64,000 bases of DNA from Obrimoposthia wandeli. Taxonomy: Eukaryota. The stretch spans positions 62,001 through 126,000 of the forward strand of contig CDROCS010005195.1 in assembly GCA_977020255.1 (NCBI GenBank), read 5' to 3'. Position 1 is the stretch's first letter; the number at the start of each line of letters is the position of its first letter. The notes beneath the pieces were generated by a model that saw only the letters and a list, made by a program, of their open reading frames with translations, was not told the origin of the DNA and ran no database searches. Shown here piece by piece: positions 1 to 10,500 of the stretch. The position numbers and the translations under genes are program-made.

Positions 1-2
1 CA

Positions 3-3000
3 AATATACAAAAAATTACAAGTACCAAAGAAACAGAAAATGCGGAATCTTCACAATATCCTGATTTAGAAAAATATATAGATAAAACAACTATAGAAAA
101 ACCAACTGCACCAACAATATATACAATAAATCAAAAAGATAACGACAAACGACCATATGTAAAAGTAGAAATTAACGAATATAAACTTAAAGCTTTAATT
201 GACACAGGATCAAGCGTAACAGTTTTAGACGAATCTTTCTTAAAAACACAACAAAAATTACTTCTTATTAAGGAAAATAGTCAAGTCACAGCAGCAAACG
301 GTCAACCCGTAAATATAATAGGAAAATTAGACTTTTTTTTTAAAATAGGAAATAAATTCATAAAAATTCCTACAAGAATCATGAAAAATTGTCCTTGCCA
401 AATGATCATAGGAACAGATACATTAAGAAAATTAAAAAATAATTTCCATTTTGATTTTGAAAAAAATCAAATAAAATACATTTACAGACCTAACGCCAAA
501 AATGAATACGAGTTAGAAATAAAAGGAGATATCATTCTCCAACCAAGAACAGAAACAATGTTACAACTAGAAACTAACATAATCACAGAAAAATATGTAT
601 TATTTGAACCTTATAAATATCAACAAGAAACCTTGAACTACGTTTTGCCAAATATAATTTGTAAAATAAAAAACAACACAATACCAATCAGAATCCTAAA
701 TGCAGACATTAATGAAATTCATCTCAAGGAAGGAGTACGTCTTGGAAAAATAAGTGTTATTGAAAATATTGAATTAATAGATAATGAAAAAATAGAAGAT
801 AAATCTACGATAAATTTTAACGATATCAAATTAAATGATTATGAAAAATCAAAACTTAAAGCTTTAACAGAAAAATTTGATGTAATATTTGCTAAAAATG
901 AATACGATTTAGGTCGAACAAATTTGATAAAACATAATCTTCCGTTAATAACAAACACAGCAATAAAACAACGACCCTACCGAATTACATATGCCTACAG
1001 AGATGAGGCTCAAAGACAAATAAAAGGAATGTTAGAAAATGAAATTGTTAGAAGAAGTTTTTCTGCATGGACATCACCTGTTGTTTTAGTTAAAAAGAAA
1101 GATGGTTCTTTGAGATTTTGCGTAGACTACAGAAAACTAAACGAAGTCACTCACAAAGATACTTATCCACTGCCAAGAATTGATGAAATATTAGACAAAC
1201 TAAAAAATGCAAAAGTATTTACAACTTTAGATTTACAGAGTGGATACTGGCAAATAGAAATTGAGGAGTCAGATAAATATAAAACAGCTTTCTCAACAGG
1301 AGATGGATTGTATGAATTCAATGTCTTACCATTTGGATTAACCGGAGCTCCAGCAACATTTCAGAGATGTATGAGCCATATTTTAATGGATGTAGATCAT
1401 GTAATGGTATATATCGACGACATTCTTATTTTTTCAAAAAATTTTGAAGAACATTTAAAAGATTTAGAAAACGTATTCTTAAGATTACAGGTAGCAGGAT
1501 TAAAACTAAAACCAAAGAAATGTGAATGGATAAAAGATAAAGTAAATTACTTAGGACATGCTGTATCAGCAAAAGGAATACAACCAGACGAGAGTAATGT
1601 AGAAAAGATTAAAAATTTTCCGATCCCAAAAACAGTAAAAAATATACAGGAATTTTTAGGGCTTGCAAGATATTATCGTAGATTTATTAGAAAATAGCAA
1701 TACCATTAAATAAACTTATTAAAAAAGATGAAAAATTTGAATGGGAAAAAGAACAACAAGAATCTTATGAATATTTAAAACAAAAATTAATCGAAAAACC
1801 TATACTTAGATATCCTAATTTTAATAACTCATTTTTAGTTATGACTGACGTCAGTGGTTATGCGTTAGGAGCAGTTTTAGGACAACAGGAAAATAACGAA
1901 AAAGATCATGTGATAGCATATGCGAGCAGAGGTCTTAAAAAACGTGAAAAGAATTACTCAACGATAGAAAGAGAATGCCTAGCTATTTGCTTCGCAATGG
2001 AACATTTTAAACATTACTTATTAGGTCGAAAGGTTTATGTTTACACAGATCAAAGACCATTACAATGGCTTTTAAATCATAAGGATACAACATCTAGATT
2101 AATGAGATGGGCATTGATTTTACAAAAATATGATATTGAAATAAAATATAGAAAAGGAAAATCTAACGCTAATGCAGATTGTCTATCACGAATAAGAGAA
2201 GAAATAAACGAAATAACTGCAAACGACATCGAATTAAATCTGTTTACAATAATTCAAACTAAATATGATGAAAAAGTAATTACTAAACTTCAAAGCAAAG
2301 ATAATGAAATTCAGCAAATAACTAAATACATTAGCACAAACGAAGTACCAACAGATGAAAAATTAAGAAAACATTTAAAAATTCACGAATCACGATACAA
2401 ATATAGTAATGAAATATTATATTATTTAAATGACAAAAATCTATATTCACTAGTTATTCCTAAAGAAATTCAGTGTCAATTACTTCTTCAATATCACAAT
2501 GGAGCGCTAGGGGGACATTTATCATCAAAAAAGACACATTCACGATTAAATTTAAAATAATATTGGATTGACACGAAAGAAGATGTAAAAAATTGATGTA
2601 AAACATGTGAAATATGTTTTAAACGGAAAAATACTTTACGTACCACAAAAATACCTTTAAAACCAATTCCTTATCCATCAGCCCCCATGGAAACTGTTGC
2701 CATGGATGTAATGGGACCATTACCTGAAACACCCCGCGGAAATCGATATATAATAGTATTTTCTGATTATTTTACAAGATGGCCAGAGGCTTTTCCAACA
2801 CATGATCATAAGGCTGAAACCATCGCGAAGGGTTTAGTCGAAAAAATTATTTTTACTTTCGGTGCACCCCGAAAATTATTAACCGACAAAGGTCCTGAAT
2901 TTATAAATAATGTATTAGCGTCAATAGCTAAAATTTTTCACATAAAAAAGATCAATACAACACCATATCACCCTCAAACTGACGGGCTAGTAGAAAGATT

Positions 3001-3590
3001 TAATAGAACCCTCGAAGATATGATGGCATCATACACAAACAACAACAAAAACAGATTGGGATTTACACATACCTCCATGCCTTTTTGCATATAGAACATC
3101 AGTACATGCATCCACAGGAGAAACACCTTTATATCTTATGTTCCTCAGAGATCCTCAAATGCCTATTGACCTAACATTACTACAACCTACTACACAATAC
3201 TTAGAAATACCTGAATACAAAATAGAAATTAGAGAAAGAATAAAACTAGCATTCGAAAAAGCTAAACTATTTGTAAAAAACATACAAGAAAATTACAAAG
3301 AATATTATGTTAGAAGAACTAAGCCATCAAATATAAAAAAGCGGAAGTAAGGTGATGATTCACAATCCACAAATTAATGTAGGATTGTCACACAAATTAT
3401 CAAAACCATACAAAGGACCATATACAGTCATTAGTACCAACGGAACCAACATAACAGCTAAACTAGATAATGAACCAAAATCAAAAGAAATAAGAGCACA
3501 TATAAACAGATGTTGAGAGAAATACCTGAGGAGAATACAAAAGTAAAAAGTCACAAATATAACTTAAGATCAACTAACGATAATACTGTT
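3..3590 (+). mobile_element. Ty3/Gypsy retrotransposon pol (PR-RT-RNaseH-IN), degenerate, 5'-truncated by window edge
   Basis: Frame open from 3 to 1697: protease LIDTGSSV (~195), RT motifs YPLPRID, LDLQSGYWQ, PFGL, YIDDILIFS. RNase H TDVSGYALGAVL/YASR/IERECLAI (1841-2560). Integrase HNGALGGH...CKTCEIC, DVMGPLP, TDKGPEF, YHPQTDGLVERFNRTL, GPY motif (~3415). Several stops and frameshifts. Domain order PR-RT-RH-IN is Gypsy. Confidence 0.96.
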
Positions 3591-3640
3591 CTACAAATAT
3601 TGACAATAAAAAACTCACATAAAAACAAAATAAAACTATT

Positions 3641-4873
3641 TTGAGTCATCAAACCAGAAATACAATAAAAATGTCAATGAAAGAAATTGATAAAATAATG
3701 ATGTTATTGATAATATATTTTACAATAAAATATAACCTACTGAAAGTAAACGCAACAAACATAAATGACAATCAATCAATCATACAACAACAAACAAATA
3801 AATACGACTCAACAACTCATCTCATAAATTTTTTTTGATTAATAACAATAATACCTGAAATCACATCAATAAAGTTAAAAATTTCTCTTCTTACAAACAA
3901 AACAGGAAATGTGCAAATCACACAAACAGATAGAAAACAAAATATAATTATTTCAGGAATAAAATCACAAAAATATACAATACCATTTTTAAGAACAGAA
4001 ACACAATATAAAATAAGAATTAAGTCGAAATTAAAAAATATAACACTCTATGAAAGAATTATAGAAACTCACATATACCTAGCATCAATATTAAAAACAA
4101 CAGCAAATTATATATCAAAACATAAAATAATGATAAAATGGGAATTTCAATTAAAAATAGATGATTTAGATAAAGCCCTCATTAGAATTAGATATAGAGG
4201 AAATAATGCTAATTTTTGGAAAGACTCAGAAAAACAATTAGAAAATACACAAACTAAAACAAATTTAACCATAGAAAATATAAGATATCCAGAGAAAATA
4301 ATTATGGATAATAGAGAATGCGTAATCACTAATAAACCAATAATGTACAGACAATGGAGTCAAAAGTTTGAAAGTTATAAAAATCTAACAAAATTAACAA
4401 ATTTAGGAAATAATATATCCAAACTATATCAACCTACAATTTTTTGTGGTCGTTGGTCAGCAGTAAAAATTAAGAAATATGTCAAAGAAACAACCACAAA
4501 ACAAATACTACATACCACAGCATTTACATCAAAGATTTACAGAGTTACAAATCAAGTTGAAATCACGGAGAAAATGAGAATTAAATTAAAATTAAAAACA
4601 ACAAAAACAATATCCTATAAATCATTTAATGAAAGTTTAAAAATGCACTATGGTAAACAAGAACATTCAAGGAATGAAGATAAAAAAGAACTTATAATAA
4701 TAGTTATAGTAATCGAAATAATTACATTTATAAATCAAATATCATGGAGAATTTTAATTTTGAAACATACAAAAATGATCGAAACAAAACAACGAAAACA
4801 CTTTTGCGGCTCCCAGGCCCTTTTACTAGTTATATTATTCCTAAGGATGAGAATTCTTCAGAATTATCCATAA
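3641..4873 (+). pseudogene. env-like / membrane protein ORF3 of the Gypsy element (one in-frame TGA at 3836-3838)
   Basis: ORFs 3641-3838 and 3911-4873 share one frame. N-terminal hydrophobic signal-like segment (IMMLLIIYFTIKYNLLKVNA), FN3-like string YTIPFLRTETQYKIRIKS, C-terminal TM-like ELIIIVIVIEIITFI. Lies directly after integrase. Confidence 0.6.
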
Positions 4874-5117
4874 ATACTGTAATAGAAAATAGGAAGGGAA
4901 ATATGACACAATAATCAAAATTTTTTAATAAAACCATTTAAGTAACAAATAATGTTAGTACTATTACATAAATCTAAATTAGTTTGGAAATAGAATAAAT
5001 ATTAATAGAAGTTAGTTATATGTGTATTTTAGGGAGGATTTAATGAAAATAATGTTAAAATAAAATCACCAGGAAACGCATCCTGAAATTTAATAATGGT
5101 TATTTTTAGACATAAAA

Positions 5118-5511
5118 ATGAACAGATTGGCAAAAGTTTGTAAAAAATGCAAAAAATTAGAGAAGAAGATTCGAGATGTTTCCAGACAGCATGACGACTA
5201 CTATATAAAGATCACAACTCAAAATGAATCACTGAAACAAGTAATAAAACAAAGTGTGGAAGAAAAATTGAATAATGATTTGACAATTGACGAACTAGAA
5301 GGAAGGTTGACACATAGTTTTGCAGAATAGACTATTTAATACAACAAACTTTAAGTCAACGATCAACTATAGCCTCATTAAGAAGACAAATGATGACCTA
5401 TAGCGACATGATAAACTTTTATATGACCATAAATCCTACTATCCCAACTAATACAACACTTGATGATGGATATGACTCGGATATGAACATTGGTGAACAA
5501 AACTCTGGTTA
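5118..5511 (+). pseudogene. Coiled-coil-like accessory ORF of the Gypsy element
   Basis: ORF 5118-5330 with CKKC and heptad-like LEKKIRDV...LKQVIKQSVEEKL; appears to continue after a stop/frameshift to ~5511. Same strand and A-rich composition as the element. Confidence 0.4.
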
Positions 5512-5681
5512 AACCATAACCATACATCCTTCTTTTGTACAGATTGTCTAAATTTTATTAGTAGGTTTATTTTTATGACAAATCCCACATACTGCATGTA
5601 TAAGACTGATATTTTTATAACTTTAAGACTGAGAAATAATTATATTATTTATTCAACTAACAAATTGATTAAAGCAGACGA

Positions 5682-6734
5682 ATGGATATCGATCACCTGG
5701 ATACGACTCCAGACCAGGAGGAGCTCACTCAGTCAAATCAAACAAAAAGCACAGCAAAAATAGAAAGAGGAAAATCGGAAAATATGCCAGAAAGGTGGTA
5801 TTTAGCAAAATTCCTTTATCAAAAGATGCGTCAGTTTAGTATTGCATACTTTAGAAACAATGGAGGAAGAAAAATGTTTTCAAATCAAACATTTCTTCCC
5901 AATTAGTTAAAAATTACCACAGAGGAAAGAACAAGCGCACTTATTTTTTCCAATGAGAAAAGACCAACCCATATGGCTCTCAGCGAGTTATTCTCCGATA
6001 ATAATTGTGAAAAAATAGATATTCACGTGGCACTAGAAGTAGCCCATTTAAAAACCAAATCAGATAAGACCTTAAACTTTCTGATGATAGGAAATCATAC
6101 CTACACCTTACAAGCAGCTCAATTAGAAAATCAATATAGCATCAAAATAGGAAGAGAACCAAATCTATTATTTATAGAAAAAATAAGAAAAGCAGAAGAA
6201 CCTCAACAAATAGCCCTTTTTGAATTAAAAAACGCACAGAAACCAGCAATTTTGTTCCTCGATTGCGAAATGGTGATATCAGTGGATAAACAGCCAGTTT
6301 TAGCAAGTGTTTCTATTATAAATTACATAGGCAACGTAATTATAGATACACTGTGCGTAACTAGAGACAGAGTAAGAAATTACGTTACTAGAATAACTGG
6401 ACTGTCAGATAGAAAGTTACAAGGATGTAGAGATGCTGATGAAGTAATTGAGGAAGTAAGAAACATTGTGTAGGTGTGTTTCATCATCGTAGGTGTGGGA
6501 CTAACAAACGATTTAAAAGCTTTACGCCTACAGAGATGGATGTTATTCAACATTGTTGATTTGGGAAAATCTAAAAGCATAAAAGCAGAACTAAATCACA
6601 ATCACCCAAATATTGGACTCGCCAACATGGTGCGAAAATACTTAAATGTAGAAACACAAAAAGGAGTCCACACTAGCATGGAAGATGCAAATCACACCCG
6701 AAAAATTTTCATAATGAAGGAGGAAATGTTTTAA
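5682..6734 (+). pseudogene. DEDDh 3'-5' exonuclease (REX4/ISG20-like) cargo gene, two in-frame TAG stops
   Basis: ORFs 5682-5906, 5973-6473 and 6474-6734 share one frame (351 codons). ExoI FLDCEMV (D at 6261), LASVSIIN..G.V..D, TRITGL, ExoII NDLKAL, ExoIII HTSMEDA (H-x4-D). Confidence 0.88.
6716..6726 (+). other. Polypurine tract (putative PPT)
   Basis: GAAGGAGGAAA immediately before TGTT at 6727. Confidence 0.55.
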
Positions 6735-6879
6735 AAGAATAAAAAAAAAATATATATATATAAAAAAATTAAAAAATAAGAATTAATTAATTAAGGAATT
6801 AATTAAGAACTTTCCTTAATTAGGGAAAAGTTCTATTTAGATAAAATATGCACTTTGGCATTTTAGTTTACAGTTGTTA

Positions 6880-6931
6880 ATCTCCGACGGGAAAAAACCC
6901 CGTTTCGCCCTGCCGGGCTCATCAGGGAGAT
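6880..6931 (-). ncRNA. Type I hammerhead ribozyme (canonical core, GUC cleavage site)
   Basis: Minus strand: AUCUCC-CUGAUGA-GCCC(GGCA)GGGC-GAAA-CGGG(GUUUUUU)CCCG-UC/GGAGAU. Complete CUGAUGA and GAAA core, 4-bp stem II, stem III, 6-bp open stem I. Predicted cleavage between plus coordinates 6886 and 6885. Confidence 0.92.
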
Positions 6932-6934
6932 GGC

Positions 6935-6982
6935 TTGTTATCTCTAACTTCGCGGTGGATTCCGCGAAGCCAGAGATAACAA
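6935..6982 (-). other. Long RNA hairpin immediately 5' of the hammerhead
   Basis: UUGUUAUCUCU-GG-CUUCGCGG(AAUCCA)CCGCGAAG-UU-AGAGAUAACAA: 21-bp stem, continuous on the minus strand through two G-U pairs. Confidence 0.8.
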
Positions 6983-7508
6983 TAATAAAAAGCCAGGGAA
7001 AAGAAGGAAAGATTCCCCCTTTCATGTGCCGACGAATATCAACGACATGTGATGTTGGTGTGCGTAAATTGCACAATTCAACACACACATACTCACACAG
7101 CAGACATGACATAAACCTACTCACATCAACTTACATATTCTACTCATATCCTACTCACTCATTCTCATTCATTCTCTCATTACTCACTCACTCACTCATT
7201 CTATACTCGACATGCTCTCTTCCATTTTGTATTACTTCCTGTGTGTGTACATGCATGGCTATTTTGAACATTTTCCCTCTGCCCAGATGCATTGCAACCT
7301 GTCTGGTGTGTGGGTGTGTATTGGGTTGTTGTTCAGATGAATTTCCTCTCTGCCCAGATCCGCTGGCTGGAAGCAGTTTGGCAGTATGGTGCATGTATAC
7401 TGCGGATCGGCTGATGCTGTGGCGCATTCGCATTCGTTCGGCGAGATGTTGTTTTGGTATAAATACCAAGTATATAAAAATATTATTTGATAAAACAACA
7501 ATTTGACA

Positions 7509-8290
7509 GAAACAGAATTTGAAACTGAATTTGAAACTGAATTTGAAACAGAATTTGAAACTGAATTTGAAACAGAATTTAAAAACTGAATTTGAAACTG
7601 AATTTGAAACTAATTTGAGACTGAATTTGAAACAGAATTTGAAACTGAATTTGAAACTAATTTGAGACTGAATTTGAAACAGAATTTGAAACTGAATTTG
7701 AAACTAATTTGAGACTGAATTTGAAACTAATTTGAGAATGAATTTGAAACAGAATTTGAAACTGAATTTGAAACTAATTTGAGACTGAATTTGAAACAGA
7801 ATTTGAAACTGAATTTGAAACTAATTTGAGAATGAATTTGAAACAGAATTTGAAACTGAATTTGAAACTAATTTGAAACTGAATTTGAAACTGAATTTGA
7901 AACAGAATTTGAAACTGAATTTGAAACAGAATTTGAAACTGAATTTGAAACTAATTTGAGACTGAATTTGAAACAGAATTTGAAACTGAATTTGAAACTA
8001 ATTTGAGACTGAATTTGAAACAGAATTTGAAACTGAATTTGAAACTAATTTGAGACTGAATTTGAAACTAATTTGATTTTGAAACTTTGAAACTGAATTT
8101 GAAACTAATTTGAGACTGAATTTGAAACAGAATTTGAAACTGAATTTGAAACTAATTTGAGACTGAATTTGAAACAGAATTTGAAACTGAATTTGAAACT
8201 AATTTGAGACTGAATTTGAAACAGAATTTGAAACTGAATTTGAAACTAAATTTGAAACTGATTTTTGGAACTGATTTTTGAAACTGAATT
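7509..8290. repeat. Minisatellite of 11-12-bp monomers with a 47-bp higher-order unit
   Basis: Monomers GAAACAGAATTT, GAAACTGAATTT, GAAACTAATTT and GAGACTGAATTT repeatedly occur in that order; decays at the right end. Confidence 0.95.
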
Positions 8291-8837
8291 TTATTTTGCA
8301 ATTTGTTTCGGATTATGATTTTTATCAAATAAATATTGTTTGGAATATTGGACTTCTTAACAATATTAAGTAATAATGATTCTGTACAAAAACGAGTAAA
8401 CTTAGAGTTGTTTGTCATACTAATGTCTACTCATCAGGGGGGTATTGTCTTTTCATTGATGATATGTGATGCGTAAAATGATGTCATTATACGTATTTAA
8501 TCGTATTGTTAAAATATCAATAGCATTGATATATGTTACAAGGATATTGATATTATGACATTGATTGATGTGTGAGTAATCTGGGGGGTACTGGCCTGGA
8601 GCCCTCATTAGGGTTTTACTGCTTAATTTAACAAAAGCTAAAAGATTACATATTATGTCACCTTCATGCGTGACTGATAAAGCTTCAAAATATAATCAAT
8701 ACGTACTATCTCTCATCTAACATCTCTCAATACGTAATAAATGGTCAATGTCACATAAATCAATGATATATGTAACAGTGATTGACAGGTGACAGGTGAC
8801 AGGGATACTGGTCCGGAACCCTCATATCCAGCTACTC

Positions 8838-10500
8838 CAAGAAATCATTAAATCTAAAAATCGAGGTAAGAATAAACAATTTTACGTTAAGTGGTACGGA
8901 TATAAAACACTAACATGGATAAAAGCGAACCAGATAGAGTAAAAAAAATATATTGTATTACCATCTAATAGTTGTCCTGATAATACTGCATCGAAATTTA
9001 TTGTTGATTGGGAAAATCCAATAGAACTTCAAGGTGTATGGAAAGTTGCATTGACTGAATTTACTTATAGCAAAACACCTGTTATTTTACACAAGGGTGG
9101 TGAAATTAATTATAAGACATAAATAACAATTGCTTAAGATATGCATACAGTTTATACAAAAATACTTATTAAAATGTTATGTGGTGACCCACAATAAAGA
9201 ATAATAGTTTAAAAATATTAATTAATTTTATGTAAAATTCACCTTTTTACGAATAACATTTTAAAGAAAGATCTTAGATAAAAATCTGAACTACATATAA
9301 ATTAGTAATGAAATATCGTATTAAGAAAGATCCACAAAAATGTGATTTTTGTTAATTAAAATGTTAATTAATTAAACTTTAAAGAAGAATTTCTAGACAT
9401 CTAAAAGTAGCACATAAATGAACAAAACATCATTTTCAAGCATAACCTATTTCCAATTGAAAAATGTACGGCTCTTCAAAATCCCACCTTTGGGTAAAAA
9501 GTCCTATAGTATAAGAAATTACATAAAACTTTACAATACTAACAGGCAAACACACATATTAACGGGTTATCCGATGGAACCTAAGTGGGAAAATTATCTA
9601 AATGACCAAATCCCATTTAGATTAAACAAATCTAAATCAAAGCCCAGCCAGGAAGACCCGGACACAGCGTGTAAATGAGAAAGTATATAAACCCTAAATT
9701 TTTGAAAATAAGATAGATTGTTTTATGCCAACGCCTCCAGTTCGTTCTTTAATTTGCTTATTTTTATTCTTTTTATGTTATTTTATCACCACCATCGCTA
9801 TAATATTTATTTATTTTTTAATTTTACGTAACTCTGAATAATTGTTGGTCCCTGGTCATTGTTTAATGTAATAAAATTATATTACAATTTTTTGTATTTA
9901 ATAAAACCCACTAACAAAGTGAACTTTATCGATTACTTTATACTAGAACAATTTAAATTATTAAATTAAAAAGGCTATAATGAATTTGAAAAATATTGAT
10001 AACAAGTGTTTTCTCTATGCTATCCTTAGCGTGTTAAAGTATAATGAAGTTCGAAATAGACATCGACAAACTTTTTATGGTCGATATTTAAATGAGTTAA
10101 AATGTCAGCCTGGGCCTATGCCATTAGCCTCAATACCTCAATTTGAACGTGATAACCAAATAGCAATTACAGTTTTTAAAAATTTTGAAATTAACATTAT
10201 GTATTTTAAAAATGATGTGTTGAAATATCCTGATGTTAGTATAATTTACCGAACAAAACTACTGGAATGTAATAAAATTGTTAATTCACTTTTGATAGAA
10301 GACTGTAAAACTTATCATTATTGTGGTGTTCCTAATTTAAATAGATTATTTAATTGTCATAGTTATGGTTTATAACTTTACTGGTGTCCGAAATGTCTTT
10401 TTGGTTTTCGAACTGGGATTTCTTATGATAAACATAGAACCCATTGCAATTTTAATACTGATACTACAACATTATTCACTATGCCGGATGATAAATATTG
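8838..10500 (+). mobile_element. Maverick/Polinton remnant (integrase chromodomain, capsid-like ORF start, pPolB N-terminal region)
   Basis: 8838-8942 QEIIKSKNRGKNKQFYVKWYGYKTLTWI (chromodomain). 8949-9120 YIVLPSNSCPDNTASKF...IELQGVWKVALTEFTY, resembling the Polinton minor capsid N-terminus. 9980-10450 NLKNIDNKCFLYAIL...QFERDNQIAITVF...HY...NLNRL...CPKCL...HRTHC. Confidence 0.72.

Larger units (their letters stand above)
6727..7500 (+). repeat. Putative 3' LTR of the Gypsy element
   Basis: Begins TGTT right after the purine tract and ends AACA at 7500 (terminal inverted tetranucleotide). The partner 5' LTR is outside the window, so this is unverified. Confidence 0.55.

Noticed and set aside
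5904-6473. Repeated in-frame TAG stops (5904, 6471, ~62180) while host genes end in TGA/TAA, suggesting stop-codon reassignment
   Set aside because: The same elements also contain TAA, TGA and frameshift lesions at conserved positions; ordinary decay explains them.
6837-7506. ORFs overlapping the putative LTR
   Set aside because: Low-complexity translations of structured or simple sequence with no domain motifs.
7509-8290. CRISPR array, telomeric repeat or coding (NSVS)n repeat
   Set aside because: No unique spacers, eukaryotic context, not G-rich; 11-bp monomers break the reading frame.
8418-8449. Minus-strand CTGATGAG as a second hammerhead, and its 14/15 match to CTGACGAGTAGACAT at 48488
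   Set aside because: No GAAA after a stem II and no stem I partner. A 14/15 match is expected by chance in an all-against-all comparison of 64 kb.
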